This document shows positions 1 to 10,097 of a DNA stretch of 20,000 nt, piece by piece. Source of the DNA: Neolecta irregularis DAH-3 (lineage: Eukaryota); NCBI GenBank assembly GCA_001929475.1, contig LXFE01003012.1:55823-75822 (forward strand). The letters are read 5' to 3'. Position numbers and translations under genes: made by a program. The notes under the pieces were generated by a model. That model was given only the letters and a program-made list of their open reading frames with translations, made no database searches and had not been told where the DNA came from. Each line of letters opens with the position of its first letter. The stretch's first letter is position 1.

Positions 1-271
1 GTAGTTTTGTATATGGATCCACATAGCTGGCTGGCAAACCAGTGATATCGCACCATTTCTTTGGTGGGAATAACGAGGGTGGAGCCTCAATATTGGTGTA
101 AGTGGGAAAATCAGGAGGGAAGTCAGTTCGAGATGTCGAAGAAAGGATCTGCTTGAGTGTCTTGATTCGTTTTTGAGTTGGCCGCTTGTAGTTTGGGTTC
201 TTGAACGGACGATGACGGATTGTAAGATCTATGCTGTCGTATGGAGGAACAGAACCGTTTGGCGGAGACAT
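1..271 (-). CDS. IES6: INO80 complex subunit Ies6 (YL1_C domain); 5' part, runs off the window start
   Basis: Not in the ORF track. Manual translation from ATG at 271: MSPPNGSVPPYDSIDLTIRHRPFKNPNYKRPTQKRIKTLKQILSS...PTYTNIEAPPSLFPPKKWCDITGLPASYVDPYTKL. PFKNP and TY.NIEAPPS..P.KKWCDITGL...Y.DP are Ies6/INO80C signatures. Confidence 0.9.
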   Translation of the reverse strand, partial: MSPPNGSVPPYDSIDLTIRHRPFKNPNYKRPTQKRIKTLKQILSSTSRTDFPPDFPTYTNIEAPPSLFPPKKWCDITGLPASYVDPYTKL

Positions 272-462
272 TTACAGAGTTTTGGTGTTTCTAAAAACAT
301 CTCAAGACTCGACATTTATACTTGAGGATGCAGAATATTACAGCATACATCTAAGTCTGGAGGTTAGTACTCATGACTACAGTGCATATATCTAGCCAAT
401 AGACAAGATTTAAAGATGTCTGTGTTGGCTACTAATAAACTCCTCAACATCTCCACCATCAA

Positions 463-1994
463 ATGATTCTCCAACAGATTTTGGCATCTGCCCTGTTGCT
501 TCTCGCATCCGTGGATTCAAAAAAGACCTCACCTTTCAAACATACAAATGCACTGAGAACAATTGATCTAACAAAGTCATATATTCGCGAAACCCATGCA
601 CTTGTAGTAGAGAATATCGCCACTAGTCCTCAATCAGAGTACCTCTGGCCTGTAGACACACGACTGGAAGAAAATATGAGCTCAATCGAAGTAAAAGAAA
701 AGGGCGCAGACAACCGAAATTATAAAATTGAAAAAATTGAGGGGTATATCTCCGTTGTCAATTCAGACTAATGTACGAGGTCTGACGGGCGATTTTTCAG
801 GATATCATTATTGAAACCTCTTGGCGTTGGAGAAAAGATTACATTGCATATTTCCACCGTTTATATCGACGCTTTGGTACCTGTCCCGGCACAAATTCCA
901 CAAACTGCGAAACAGTATCTCCGGTGGACTGGATCGAAATACATACCGTCTGCCTATTCAACTGAGAAGCAAAAGACCAAATTCAAGTATTCAAATCGAG
1001 GCTATATAATTGACATATCTAGACTTCCCTCCAATGATGTACCATTCTATACCAAACCATCCTCCGATTCTCAAGGCCCAGCACTTTCTGACACTACTCT
1101 CACATACGGACCATACGACTCGATTTCACCGGACTTGCAACAAGAAATTTCAGTTCGCTATGAATTCACACTGCCAGTTACCAAAATCTTCTCTCTGGAT
1201 CGCCAAATCTATGTCTCGCACTGGCGAAATACAGCTAAAGTCACAGAACAGTACTCGTTAATAAATGCTGGAGCCAAATTGAAGGGATTTTTCAGCCGTT
1301 ACGAACAAATGCAAATGCAGCAGGCCCAGTCGCCGGTAGCTGCTCTGCAAGTTTTGCCCATTGGTTTAACAGGCGGTGCTCGAGACGCATGGTTTACTGA
1401 TGAAATTGGAAATGTATCGACGAGTCAGTTCAAAAGTATGGGCAAGAAAGCACTTTTGGCTGTTCGTCCTAGATATCCTTTATTTGGAGGATGGAAGTAT
1501 GCTTTTGGAATCGGATGGACTGTAGATTTGAACAATGTGGTTAGCCTTGTGGATGGAAACAGAATGACTTTAAAAATTCCGTTTATCGAAGGGCCGATTA
1601 ATGTGGCATATGATTTAGTCAAGGTCAACATCAGACTTCCTGAGGGATGCACGTATGTCGATTAATTCTAAAGCAGGCTTGATAATTGTGTAGGAATGTT
1701 CAAGTTGAGTCTGATGTTCCTCTGGTCGCACAAGTTATTGAGCCTTACATGTCATTTTTGGATACCGTTGGATCGACTTTGGTCACACTGAAAGCAGAGA
1801 AGATAACAGACGAGATGCAGGATCGAGATATCACCGTAAGTCTATTCTGATTTATATCATCTAAGAAGATTCAGCTCTCGTATGAATTTCCACCCTGGGC
1901 AGGGTTTCGTAAGATTATAGTTGGTGGAAGCGTTTTCTTGAGTGCCATCATTGGACTATTTCTCCTCCGGATGATTCCCACAAAGATCGGATAG
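463..1994 (+). CDS. OST1: Oligosaccharyltransferase subunit ribophorin I; 5 exons
   Basis: Signal peptide, RTIDLTKSYIRE, TYGPY, YVSHW, FTDEIGNVSTS, RPRYPLFGGWKY, SFLDTVG and a C-terminal TM helix. Inferred introns 744-779, 987-1022, 1653-1693, 1836-1874; stop TAG 1992-1994. Confidence 0.93.
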
Positions 1995-2075
1995 TAGCTA
2001 TAAGAACTAAGAGTATTGCTAGAATTATTTACATGTTCAAGTCTACCTTACAGGGCCCTTTCATCTTTTTCTTTC

Positions 2076-2528
2076 TCAGCTTATACCGTGTCTTGATTTT
2101 AATTTATCCAGTTCTGCTTGCCTAGCAGCCAGATCCTGGGGCTTTCCAGATTTTTCCGGCTGGTGAAATAATACAACGAGATATCTGTCCATAAAGTTGA
2201 ACCTGACAGTCAGGATATATTTGTAGAAGCATACCCGTTGAGCTTCTCACAGGCCATTTTTGCGTCCATTACATCCTCAAAGACTACAAACGCCGTTCCT
2301 TTTGTAGTACTTGCATTTCCTCTATCAAATTAGACGATTGCATCAAGGTGTAGACGAACAATCGTATCTGGCGGATAGGTCCATATTTGCCAAATAAATC
2401 AAACATTTCCTCGGTTGTGACATTATACGAAAGATTCTTGATGAATAGTATTCGATTCACTTCCTTTGATGTTGCTTGCTATTATATTAGATTTCTGGGC
2501 AAGTAAAAGGACGTTCTCTGCCTGCCAT
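2076..2528 (-). CDS. SF3B6: U2 snRNP branch-site protein p14 (SF3b14a), RRM
   Basis: Spliced translation [81 protein letters not shown]...[12 protein letters not shown]. Introns 2322-2359 and 2203-2234. The first intron (~2475-2525) and the start codon are ambiguous. Confidence 0.92.
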
Positions 2529-2726
2529 TCTTCCAGATGTGAAATGGATTGGAGAAGGGACGAATGGCAAATTCAATGGAGAGAATCAAATGATCCACCA
2601 ACAAATGCAGACTATACATGGATAAATGTATTTCATAATATCTATATTCGTAAAGTAGAGCTTATATGTCTATAGAGTCTGATTAATTTTCAGAGACGTC
2701 ATCAGGCTGTTTCTTGTTTATAATCA

Positions 2727-2752
2727 TTTCAGTTTTCAGTTTTCAGTTTTCA
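2727..2752 (+). repeat. Short tandem repeat (TTTCAGT)x3.7 just upstream of the hexokinase ATG
   Basis: tttcagt tttcagt tttcagt tttca read directly; ends 2 nt before ATG 2755. Confidence 0.8.
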
Positions 2753-2754
2753 TT

Positions 2755-4494
2755 ATGCATCGAAAACCGCCCTCTAGGTATCATCTTATTATAACTGTAC
2801 TAAAGGACCCAGAAAAGGATCCATGAACAATGTCCCTCGCGATTTGATGGACCAAATATCTGCCTTGGAGGCCCTTTTTACAATTGATAAGGACAAATTG
2901 AATTTCATATGCGATATGTTTGTAAAGGCTCTTGATAAAGGTAACTGTACAAAACGAAGATGCTGACCAAAGGACTATCTGTGGAAGGCGGCGATATAGT
3001 ATGAGTCTACCTTTTAATAGCTTTTAACCAATGTCAAGCCGATGATTCCAACTTGGGTTTTTGGGTTTCCAAAAGGCGACGAGAATGGTTCTTATATCAC
3101 CCTTGATATGGGCAAGTTCCTTGTTGGAGCTCTATCTTACAATTAGGAGGAACCAATCTTCGTGTCTGTGAAGTTGAACTTTTGGGTAATAGACGCTATG
3201 ATATCGTGCAATCTCAATACCGCATTGAAGAGGAATGTAAATCCGGAACTAGTGAGCAACTTTTTGACTTCGTCTCGGATTGTCTCAAGAAATTCCTGGA
3301 TGATAATTACGAGCAAGGCCTGCGTGGGAAGAAGTTACCATTGGGATTTACGTTCAGTTATCCTTGTCAGTATGAGTGGTTTCATAAGTTGGTTGATCCC
3401 TAGTCAAAAAAGGATTGATCATGGTGTTTTGCAGAGATGGACCAAGGGTTTTGATGTAAAAGGAGTTGAAGGAGTTGATGTTGTTCCAATGTTGGAGGCT
3501 GCATTGGAAAGGAAAGTATGCTTTTATTTCTCGTATATCACTTATCAGCAGGGTGTCCCGATAAAGGTCACCGCTCTGATCAACGACACAACTGGGACTC
3601 TTATCGCGACTAATTATATCGATCCAATGACCAAGATTGCTGTCATCTTTGGAACCGGGTGTAATGGTATTTTCCTCAATCTCCAATTTCGCAAATGCTT
3701 CAGCTGCGTATATGGAGAAAGCAGGATGTATCCCAAAACTTTTGTGCCTGAACCTTCCTCAAGATACCCCAATGGCCATTAACTGTGAATGGGGTGCTTT
3801 TGATAACGAACATCGAGCACTGCCAAGGACTAATTATGATGCCATAATTGATAAAGAATCCCCTCGACCTGGCCAACAATCCTTTGAGAAAATGATTGCA
3901 GGTCATTATCTCGGTGAAATTCTTCGCCTCGTTATCATTGATCTCGCTGAACAAAAGCTGATTTTTGAAGATCAGAATATCTCCAAGATTGGAAAACCCT
4001 ACAGCATAGGAACTGCTGTGCTAAGTGAAATCGAACTGCACGTCGTTGGTCGTTTTTGCACAGCTGATATAATAGGGATCCTTTTGAAAACCTGATGCAA
4101 GTTCATACCATATTCGAAACAAGGTACGGGATAGTGTGTACCGAACCAGAACGAAAACTTATTCGACGAGTCACAGAGTTGATTGGAATTAGAAGTGCTC
4201 GTTTGAGCGCTACCGGTATCGCTGCAATCTGTCGTAAGAAGGGAATCAAGGAATGCCATGTTGCCAGTGACGGCAGTGTTTTCAATAAATATCCATATTT
4301 TAAAGAACGTGGAGTTGAAGCATTACGAGATTTATTTGGCAAGGAAGGCGATAAGATTACTTTGATGGGAGCTGAAGACGGACCAGTATCTTGAATCCGT
4401 GACATGTTACTGACTTTACTAGGGTGTTGGAGCAGCGCTGATTGCTGCTTTGACTATTAACCGCAAAAAAGCAGGTATTCTTGAGGAATTTTAG
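2755..4494 (+). CDS. HXK: Hexokinase (Hxk1/Hxk2 type); 10 exons
   Basis: N-terminal KPPSRKGS, PMIPTWV, LDMGGTNLRV, LGFTFSYP, RWTKGF, INDTTGT, IFGTGCNAAYME, INCEWGAFD, FEKMIAGHYLGE, DGSVFNKYP, GVGAALIAA. Introns 2778-2812, 2941-2972, 2999-3038, 3112-3146 (GC-AG), 3370-3403, 3516-3551, 3667-3703, 4038-4075 (GC-AG), 4386-4422. Confidence 0.96.
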
Positions 4495-4595
4495 ATCAAG
4501 TTGGTGGGGTAAATAGGCGATGCTTGAAAGAATCTTTTTGAGTATCAATAAAATATCAGTACATCATTTCCAAGTGTTGGCTGCTAACGACGTTG

Positions 4596-5252
4596 ATGGC
4601 ATCTCGATTGCAAAACATCAAGTTGATCACTTTGGATGCATTTGGAACTTTTTTCCGTCCAGAAATTCCAATCGAGGTACACTACAGTCTTATTGAAAAC
4701 AATTCGATATCCATGTTCCTCCATAAAGCGTTAATTTTTCTTTTGCATAAGGTTTATTTCACCCTCAAGTCAATTCATTATTTTGCAGCCTTCAAGCAAG
4801 AATATTCGATTCATCCGAATTACGGCAAGGCCAATGAGCTAGATCCAGAGAGATGGTGGTCTAATGTAGTATGAGCTACCTTTAGATTCCATGATAAAAG
4901 AGGCGCCGGATATGATGATCCTCAATCTGCAAAAACGTGCTTGAGTGAAGGGTATCATCAATTCAAAGATGTCAACCCTTTTTGAAAATGTTGAAGAGTA
5001 AAACATCCCAGATCAGCGTCATTTCGAACTGATTTTAGTGTAGGTAAGATTTTTTGATTTCGTTGGATGATGGAGTTAGATCAAGTTTTGCAATCATTTG
5101 GTAACAGAAAGTATTTTGACAGTATTACACTATCGTACGATGTGGGATTTGAAAAACGAAATCGCGAGATATTTGAAGCAACGTTGAATAATAGCAATGT
5201 AGAACCAAAAGACGTATTATATATAGGTGACGATCTACAAAGCGAATACTAG
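4596..5252 (+). pseudogene. Decayed HAD-superfamily hydrolase (HDHD3-like)
   Basis: Motifs in order: LITLDAFGT (I), AFKQEYSIHPNYG, WWSNVV, VISN (II), LSYDVGFEK.N.EIF (III), YIGDD (IV). Broken by stops at 4724, 4748, 4872, 4983, 5030 and 5250 plus frameshifts. Relic intron 4752-4788. Confidence 0.8.
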
Positions 5253-5342
5253 GTAACTGGGATATTATGGTGCAATTTGTCCTTTTAGTTCGCCTTTGCT
5301 TGCAAGATATGCTGTCAGAGGATCTAAGCGTGTTAAAAAGTT

Positions 5343-5815
5343 TCACCAAGAGATATTGGTACCGCCCCACTAGACCATTAGAATTGCAGTTAGAGACCTG
5401 AGAAAAGAAATACCACTTCATATTTTCCAATCTTTCCATCTTCGTCAAATTCAGTGAAAGAATATGTGAATGTTTCGTTCCACGATTGTTGGGTTTTCTT
5501 CCAGGTGAATTTTGCTGTTGCTTTGACACAAACGCGTTCAGATTCCACATCCAGAGTCCAATCATAAAATTTCATGTCCTCAAACTCGAACAATTCAGCC
5601 AATAATTCAAAATATTCAGCGATTTGTGGTCCACGAAAAGTCGATAGAAAGGGGAGTTGCGGAATTTTGATTGAACAATGCTCGATGATCACTGGCTCTT
5701 GTGTTTCAGTGAAATGCGATAGTATCGCCGTAAAAGGTTTCTTTGCTGCAAATGACGAGCATAATGATTGTGTTAGTGCAAAAATATGATCTGCTCTGGA
5801 TATCACGGAGGTCAT
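5343..5815 (-). CDS. Small SnoaL/NTF2-like fold protein
   Basis: 141-aa ORF with PFL..FRG...IAEYFELL, VCVKATAKFTW...W.ETF.Y...FDEDGKI..YEV. Intron 5370-5413 (GTATTT...CTAAT..TAG) gives last exon WGGTNISW*. Fold assigned by motif recognition only. Confidence 0.7.
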
Positions 5816-6013
5816 TGAGATGTGGTTGATTCATCGCTGACCCACCCGCTATATTTAATATCCTCCGCTAATCTAGACAGAGTAAAAAGAAATATATCCC
5901 ATGATCGTCATGTAATTTTCACTACTGCGCTCAGCAGCGCTTGTCCGAGTAAAACCCAGATATGCCAAGTAAGTGCACTAATCGAATTAGAAAAGCAATC
6001 AGGATTGGAAAAA

Positions 6014-8119
6014 TTACAAAAAGATTACCCAAGCTACCAAAACAGACATTCCAAATCGCAAGGCGCTTAACCCATGCATCGAACGTTTCCCAATCCATAC
6101 AAAATTCCAGATCCAAAAGTTTGTGATTAATGATAAACTCGTAGACTTTCTCGGCGGTCTGTGAGTTGTTACGACTACTTTATTGTCTGCTTCCGAGATG
6201 CTGACGCTTCGTTGAGAATCAACTTGAGCTCTTGAAAGCCAGGTGGCGTGAAGGCCATATGGTACACGCTGGGGTATTTGAATGATAGCAAGCGGAGGAA
6301 GACTGAATTTCTTTGCGCAAATTATCCATACTTGAGAGGACTCTTGATCACGATCCACGACAAAAGGTGATGCGCCCTTTGCTCGACGTTCATCATAGAC
6401 GTGCATCAGTACGACGCCGTCATCTTCGGTCTTGGCGTCAGAATGTGGGACAAATGTTGCTTCGGAACTATAGTGGCCTTGTGGTAGATGTATAGTCTTT
6501 ATATGTGGACTGCAAGGGGGCGTATTTGATGTGGAATTATCCACATTCAACGGAGGATCGCGAATCATTTGTTGAATATCAGCCTTAACGATCACATCAA
6601 TTTTTGCACCGGATAGAGCAGCATCGAAGGAACCTTGACGCATTGATGAGCCGTAAACAAAGCGATTGGGCAATGTGAGCCGATTTGTATTGATTGTAGG
6701 AAACTCCATGGGAAAATCTGAGAGCGGATAACTATGAGAGATCAAATTTTTGACCAGATCAAAACTAGTTTTAATGAGATATTTTAAACTGAAGACATAC
6801 CGGTAATAATAAAGATGTACAACATCGGATTCTGTTGCCTCCTCATTCAGATCCATGCCTCCAGCAGCATGGACCAGTTTCGCACCTTTGAAGCGACAAG
6901 CGATCAAGCAAACTGCCATGACTTTACCGTCGTCATCCAGTTCATCCCATGCGTTTGCACTGTGAAATATCATACAGCTTTCTACACAACTGAACCATTT
7001 TGGGGGCGGCGTCGACGTTATTCCAAAAGTTCTAGGAATGATGCCAAATTTCATAGGCATGTCTTTGTCGAAATGGAGCATTGGACGAGAGGAAAGAATA
7101 CTAAAGGGCGACATTGTGAGAGGACAATCGATGATAATGCTGTGGGTTTGGGTACATGCAAAGTCATGCATCTAAAAGGGTAACTTCGAAAGACATCAAC
7201 ATACCATCTTTGGAGATTTACTCTCCAGATAGATAGGAACCTGCCAGCTCTTGTGTTTTCCATCATGTCCAACGACAGAATATCGAATGAATGGGTTCTT
7301 GAATTGAAAGATGTCATACCCAAACATTATAAGATCGCCATTTACTGGATCAATCTTTGGATGAGCAGTAACCCATTCACTTGCCGACCCGGGAATCCCC
7401 AAACTTTCCCCGCGGTTTTTAAATTTAACCCAGTCGAGTGTTTCAAGTTCTGGTGCTGTAATTTCTATGGGTGGTCCTGATTCGCACATTGCCATAACTC
7501 TTCTGTCATGATAAATAACAGAGGTATTTGCCACAGATAACCGTATTGATCCCGAAAGAAAGGCTGCAAAATATTAGAATTTGAATGCAAAAAGAATACC
7601 CAGAAACCCTGCTTCCATGACGGATTTGATGATGGCAAAGTTTGAAGTCAACGGATCAATGAGAGAAGTAATCGATGGGAGAAGGGTCTGTCCCCAATGC
7701 GAAGAAGCGGTATAAACATCTGTTTTAACGAATTTATTAACATAGCGCGGTTCGATGATGTTTGAGTTTTGGGGTTTGAAGAAGAATACGCCGTGCAGCA
7801 TGCCTAAATTAAAGGTGAGACATTTTAAAACATGGTTTCAGGGCACCATCGCCGTCGAACCAGTGATATCTCTCGTGATCTCGTGGTGGAAACATTGGAT
7901 TTGGGCCATTTCGAACCTGCAGATATCAAAACCAAATGAATAAAACTGTTTTCTTCATACGTACTGTCCGCCTATCAGACAGTCTGGGATTGTTCCTTGG
8001 AATGAACATGGAGCGAGATGGAGTTCGTTTGATTGTGGGTAGAAATTTCCCTGCAGATAAGGATGAGCAGAACGATCTGAGCGTGTCGCTGGCTGTCTGG
8101 ATACGGCAAATTCTTCCAT
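6014..8119 (-). CDS. Carotenoid cleavage oxygenase (RPE65/CCO family), CarX-like; 6 exons
   Basis: HPYLQGNFYP, GGQYVRNGPNP, HWFDGDGMLHGV, SVANTSVIYHD, ESGPP, and four Fe-ligand histidines (TAHPK, MMHDF, IFHSAN, PYGLHATW), plus EFPTIN, SEATFVP, EDDG. Introns 7917-7960, 7804-7846, 7564-7599, 7172-7204, 6765-6800. Confidence 0.92.
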
Positions 8120-8286
8120 TCTGGTGGTTTATGGATGAGCACAAGGCACTTCAACTCGTCTATCGATGTTTGCTTTCTATGTAGATTGGGAGGGTTTTGT
8201 GGAAAATTCGGTGGGTTTGGTACGACAAGAGAAACAAATATATAGAAACAAATATGTCCAATAGGCGATCCATATACATAAATAAT

Positions 8287-9973
8287 CTATGCGGAATAAT
8301 GCTGCAGCTTCCAAAGACCGACTCGACCCTGCTCGTTTCCAATAGTGATCATTTCACCGTGCGGCGAAAATTCCAAACAGCCGACTCGGCCGAGTGGAGT
8401 TGTTTGGGCGGGCCAGTTTTTGTATACAGAACAACTGGGGATGTGTACCATTCGTAGTTTGTCTTTTTTGCCTCGAGTAGCCATGGCAAGTATCTGGCCA
8501 TCAGGCGAGAACTCGAGACAGTTGATTGAAGTTGTCAGGTGTTCGAGAGTCTTGAGGGGTTTCGGATTTCTCTCCTCGGAACTGAACGATCTCCGGTCGT
8601 ACACATTGACAATACCACAGCTGCTTCTATATCATCAGCATGGGCAAAAGACATATTCACCCAATGGCACACCAGCGGTCGCCGTATCCGCCAAGTGCAA
8701 TCTTGCAAGTGGAAACACCGCCATCGTCTTTCCACCGAAAGGTAAACCTTCTCTCTCCAATACTCCAATCCCATAATTCGCCGTTGGTATTCGAAATCAC
8801 TAATCCTGAACCATCACGGCACCAAACAAATTCACTAATAGCGCCTTCGATCTTTGCACCAGCGACCCACTGTCCAGTCCCAGCAGCAAGAATATTGACC
8901 CATCCATTTTTCGCGGAGATTCCGATGTATTTTCCACATGGGCTCAGCCGAAAGTGTTCCATACTATTCGACAAGTGTTCTATGCCACTGATACGGTCGA
9001 TTTTGTTGACCAAGCCGGATTCGAGATCCCATGAATATAAGAATTTCCTTCGGCCTCCAGCAAATACACGGCGACCATCAGGATGGAACGACGCATGCGA
9101 TATAGGAAGCTTCCGCAGGTGTATCGATGTTGCAGGGGGATTGATCTTTCCGTCAATGTGAAATAACCGAAGTGTACGATCGAAACCGCCAGTCATCAAA
9201 ATAGGATAATACGGGTGAAATGAAACTGTTTGCACAACAGCCTTGCTATTCAGTTTCATATTGAAAATAGACAAACCTGCGATGGTGCTTGTTTATTTGC
9301 ATCTATCATTCTTGTAATATCCAGATTGCCAACAGGCAGCATAGACGATTTCCCTGACTTGATGTATCTTTCTGATGTTCGAAAAAGTCTCTTGATTGGT
9401 TCGGCATAGAGATTCAAAGTATTGTCTTCAGAAGACATTTCTTCATCATTTATGGTGGTTTTCGTTTTTAATGTAGCCCATTCAGGAACCGGATACACTC
9501 TTTCATACCTAGATGATTAAGAAAACAGTTTCCATTGGGCTATACTGAGAACGCAAACGTCTAGAGTATTCTTTTCCTGTAATCTTATCTTCCGCTTCCG
9601 TTTTCCGTAATTTTCTCATCCGATTATTCAAAGCCAGAGAAACAACGAGTTTGTCATCATCGCTATCATCCCACACAGGTTTCCATGCATGATCTCTCTC
9701 TTCTATTACCGAACTATGCGAGCTAAAAGATTCGCTTCGTTCTCGAACGTCTTGTTTCCCTGAATCAACAAAGAAAAGTTGGTCATCTCCGAGCTCCTCG
9801 ATATTATCTTGTGGTACGTGATTATCCAATATCTCAGCGTCGACTTTTAAACACGGATCTTTGTCAAAGTCGTAAAGTCGGGTTCGATATCCATTAATAT
9901 CGCCAAACAGAGTCTCCTCCAGCAAAATCTCTTCTTCATCTTTCTTTGTTGATCCATCATTCTCGGTCGTCAT
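8287..9973 (-). CDS. UTP18: U3 snoRNA-associated protein 18 (WD40, SSU processome); 4 exons
   Basis: LEETLFG, FFVDSG, W.DSDD, LRKTEAED.I.GKEYSRRLRSQYERVYPVPEWA, DANKQAPS, FHP...MTGGFD.TLRLFHIDGK.NP, RMVHIPSCSVYKNWP..TPLG. Introns 9509-9545, 9242-9276, 8627-8660. Confidence 0.93.
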
Positions 9974-10025
9974 CCCTGGAATTTCCTCTAAAAAATGTTT
10001 TGGAGGTATCTTACTAAAATTCGAT

Positions 10026-10047
10026 CGACCAAGAAATTTTCTTGTCG
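10026..10047. promoter_or_regulatory. Near-palindrome with RRPE-like core in the UTP18/CWF19L1 divergent intergenic region
   Basis: CGACCAAGAAATTTTCTTGTCG is self-complementary apart from one bulge. Its core AAATTTT resembles the yeast RRPE ribosome-biogenesis element, ~55-75 bp upstream of UTP18. Confidence 0.35.
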
Positions 10048-10097
10048 GAGTTTCAAGTCGAGGGTTAAACCAACTACTACTGCAAAGCACAGTCGTC

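Noticed and set aside
4596..5252. Stop-codon recoding or A-to-I editing rescuing the HAD gene
   Set aside because: All three stop types plus frameshifts occur, and neighbouring genes use standard stops; ordinary decay is simpler.
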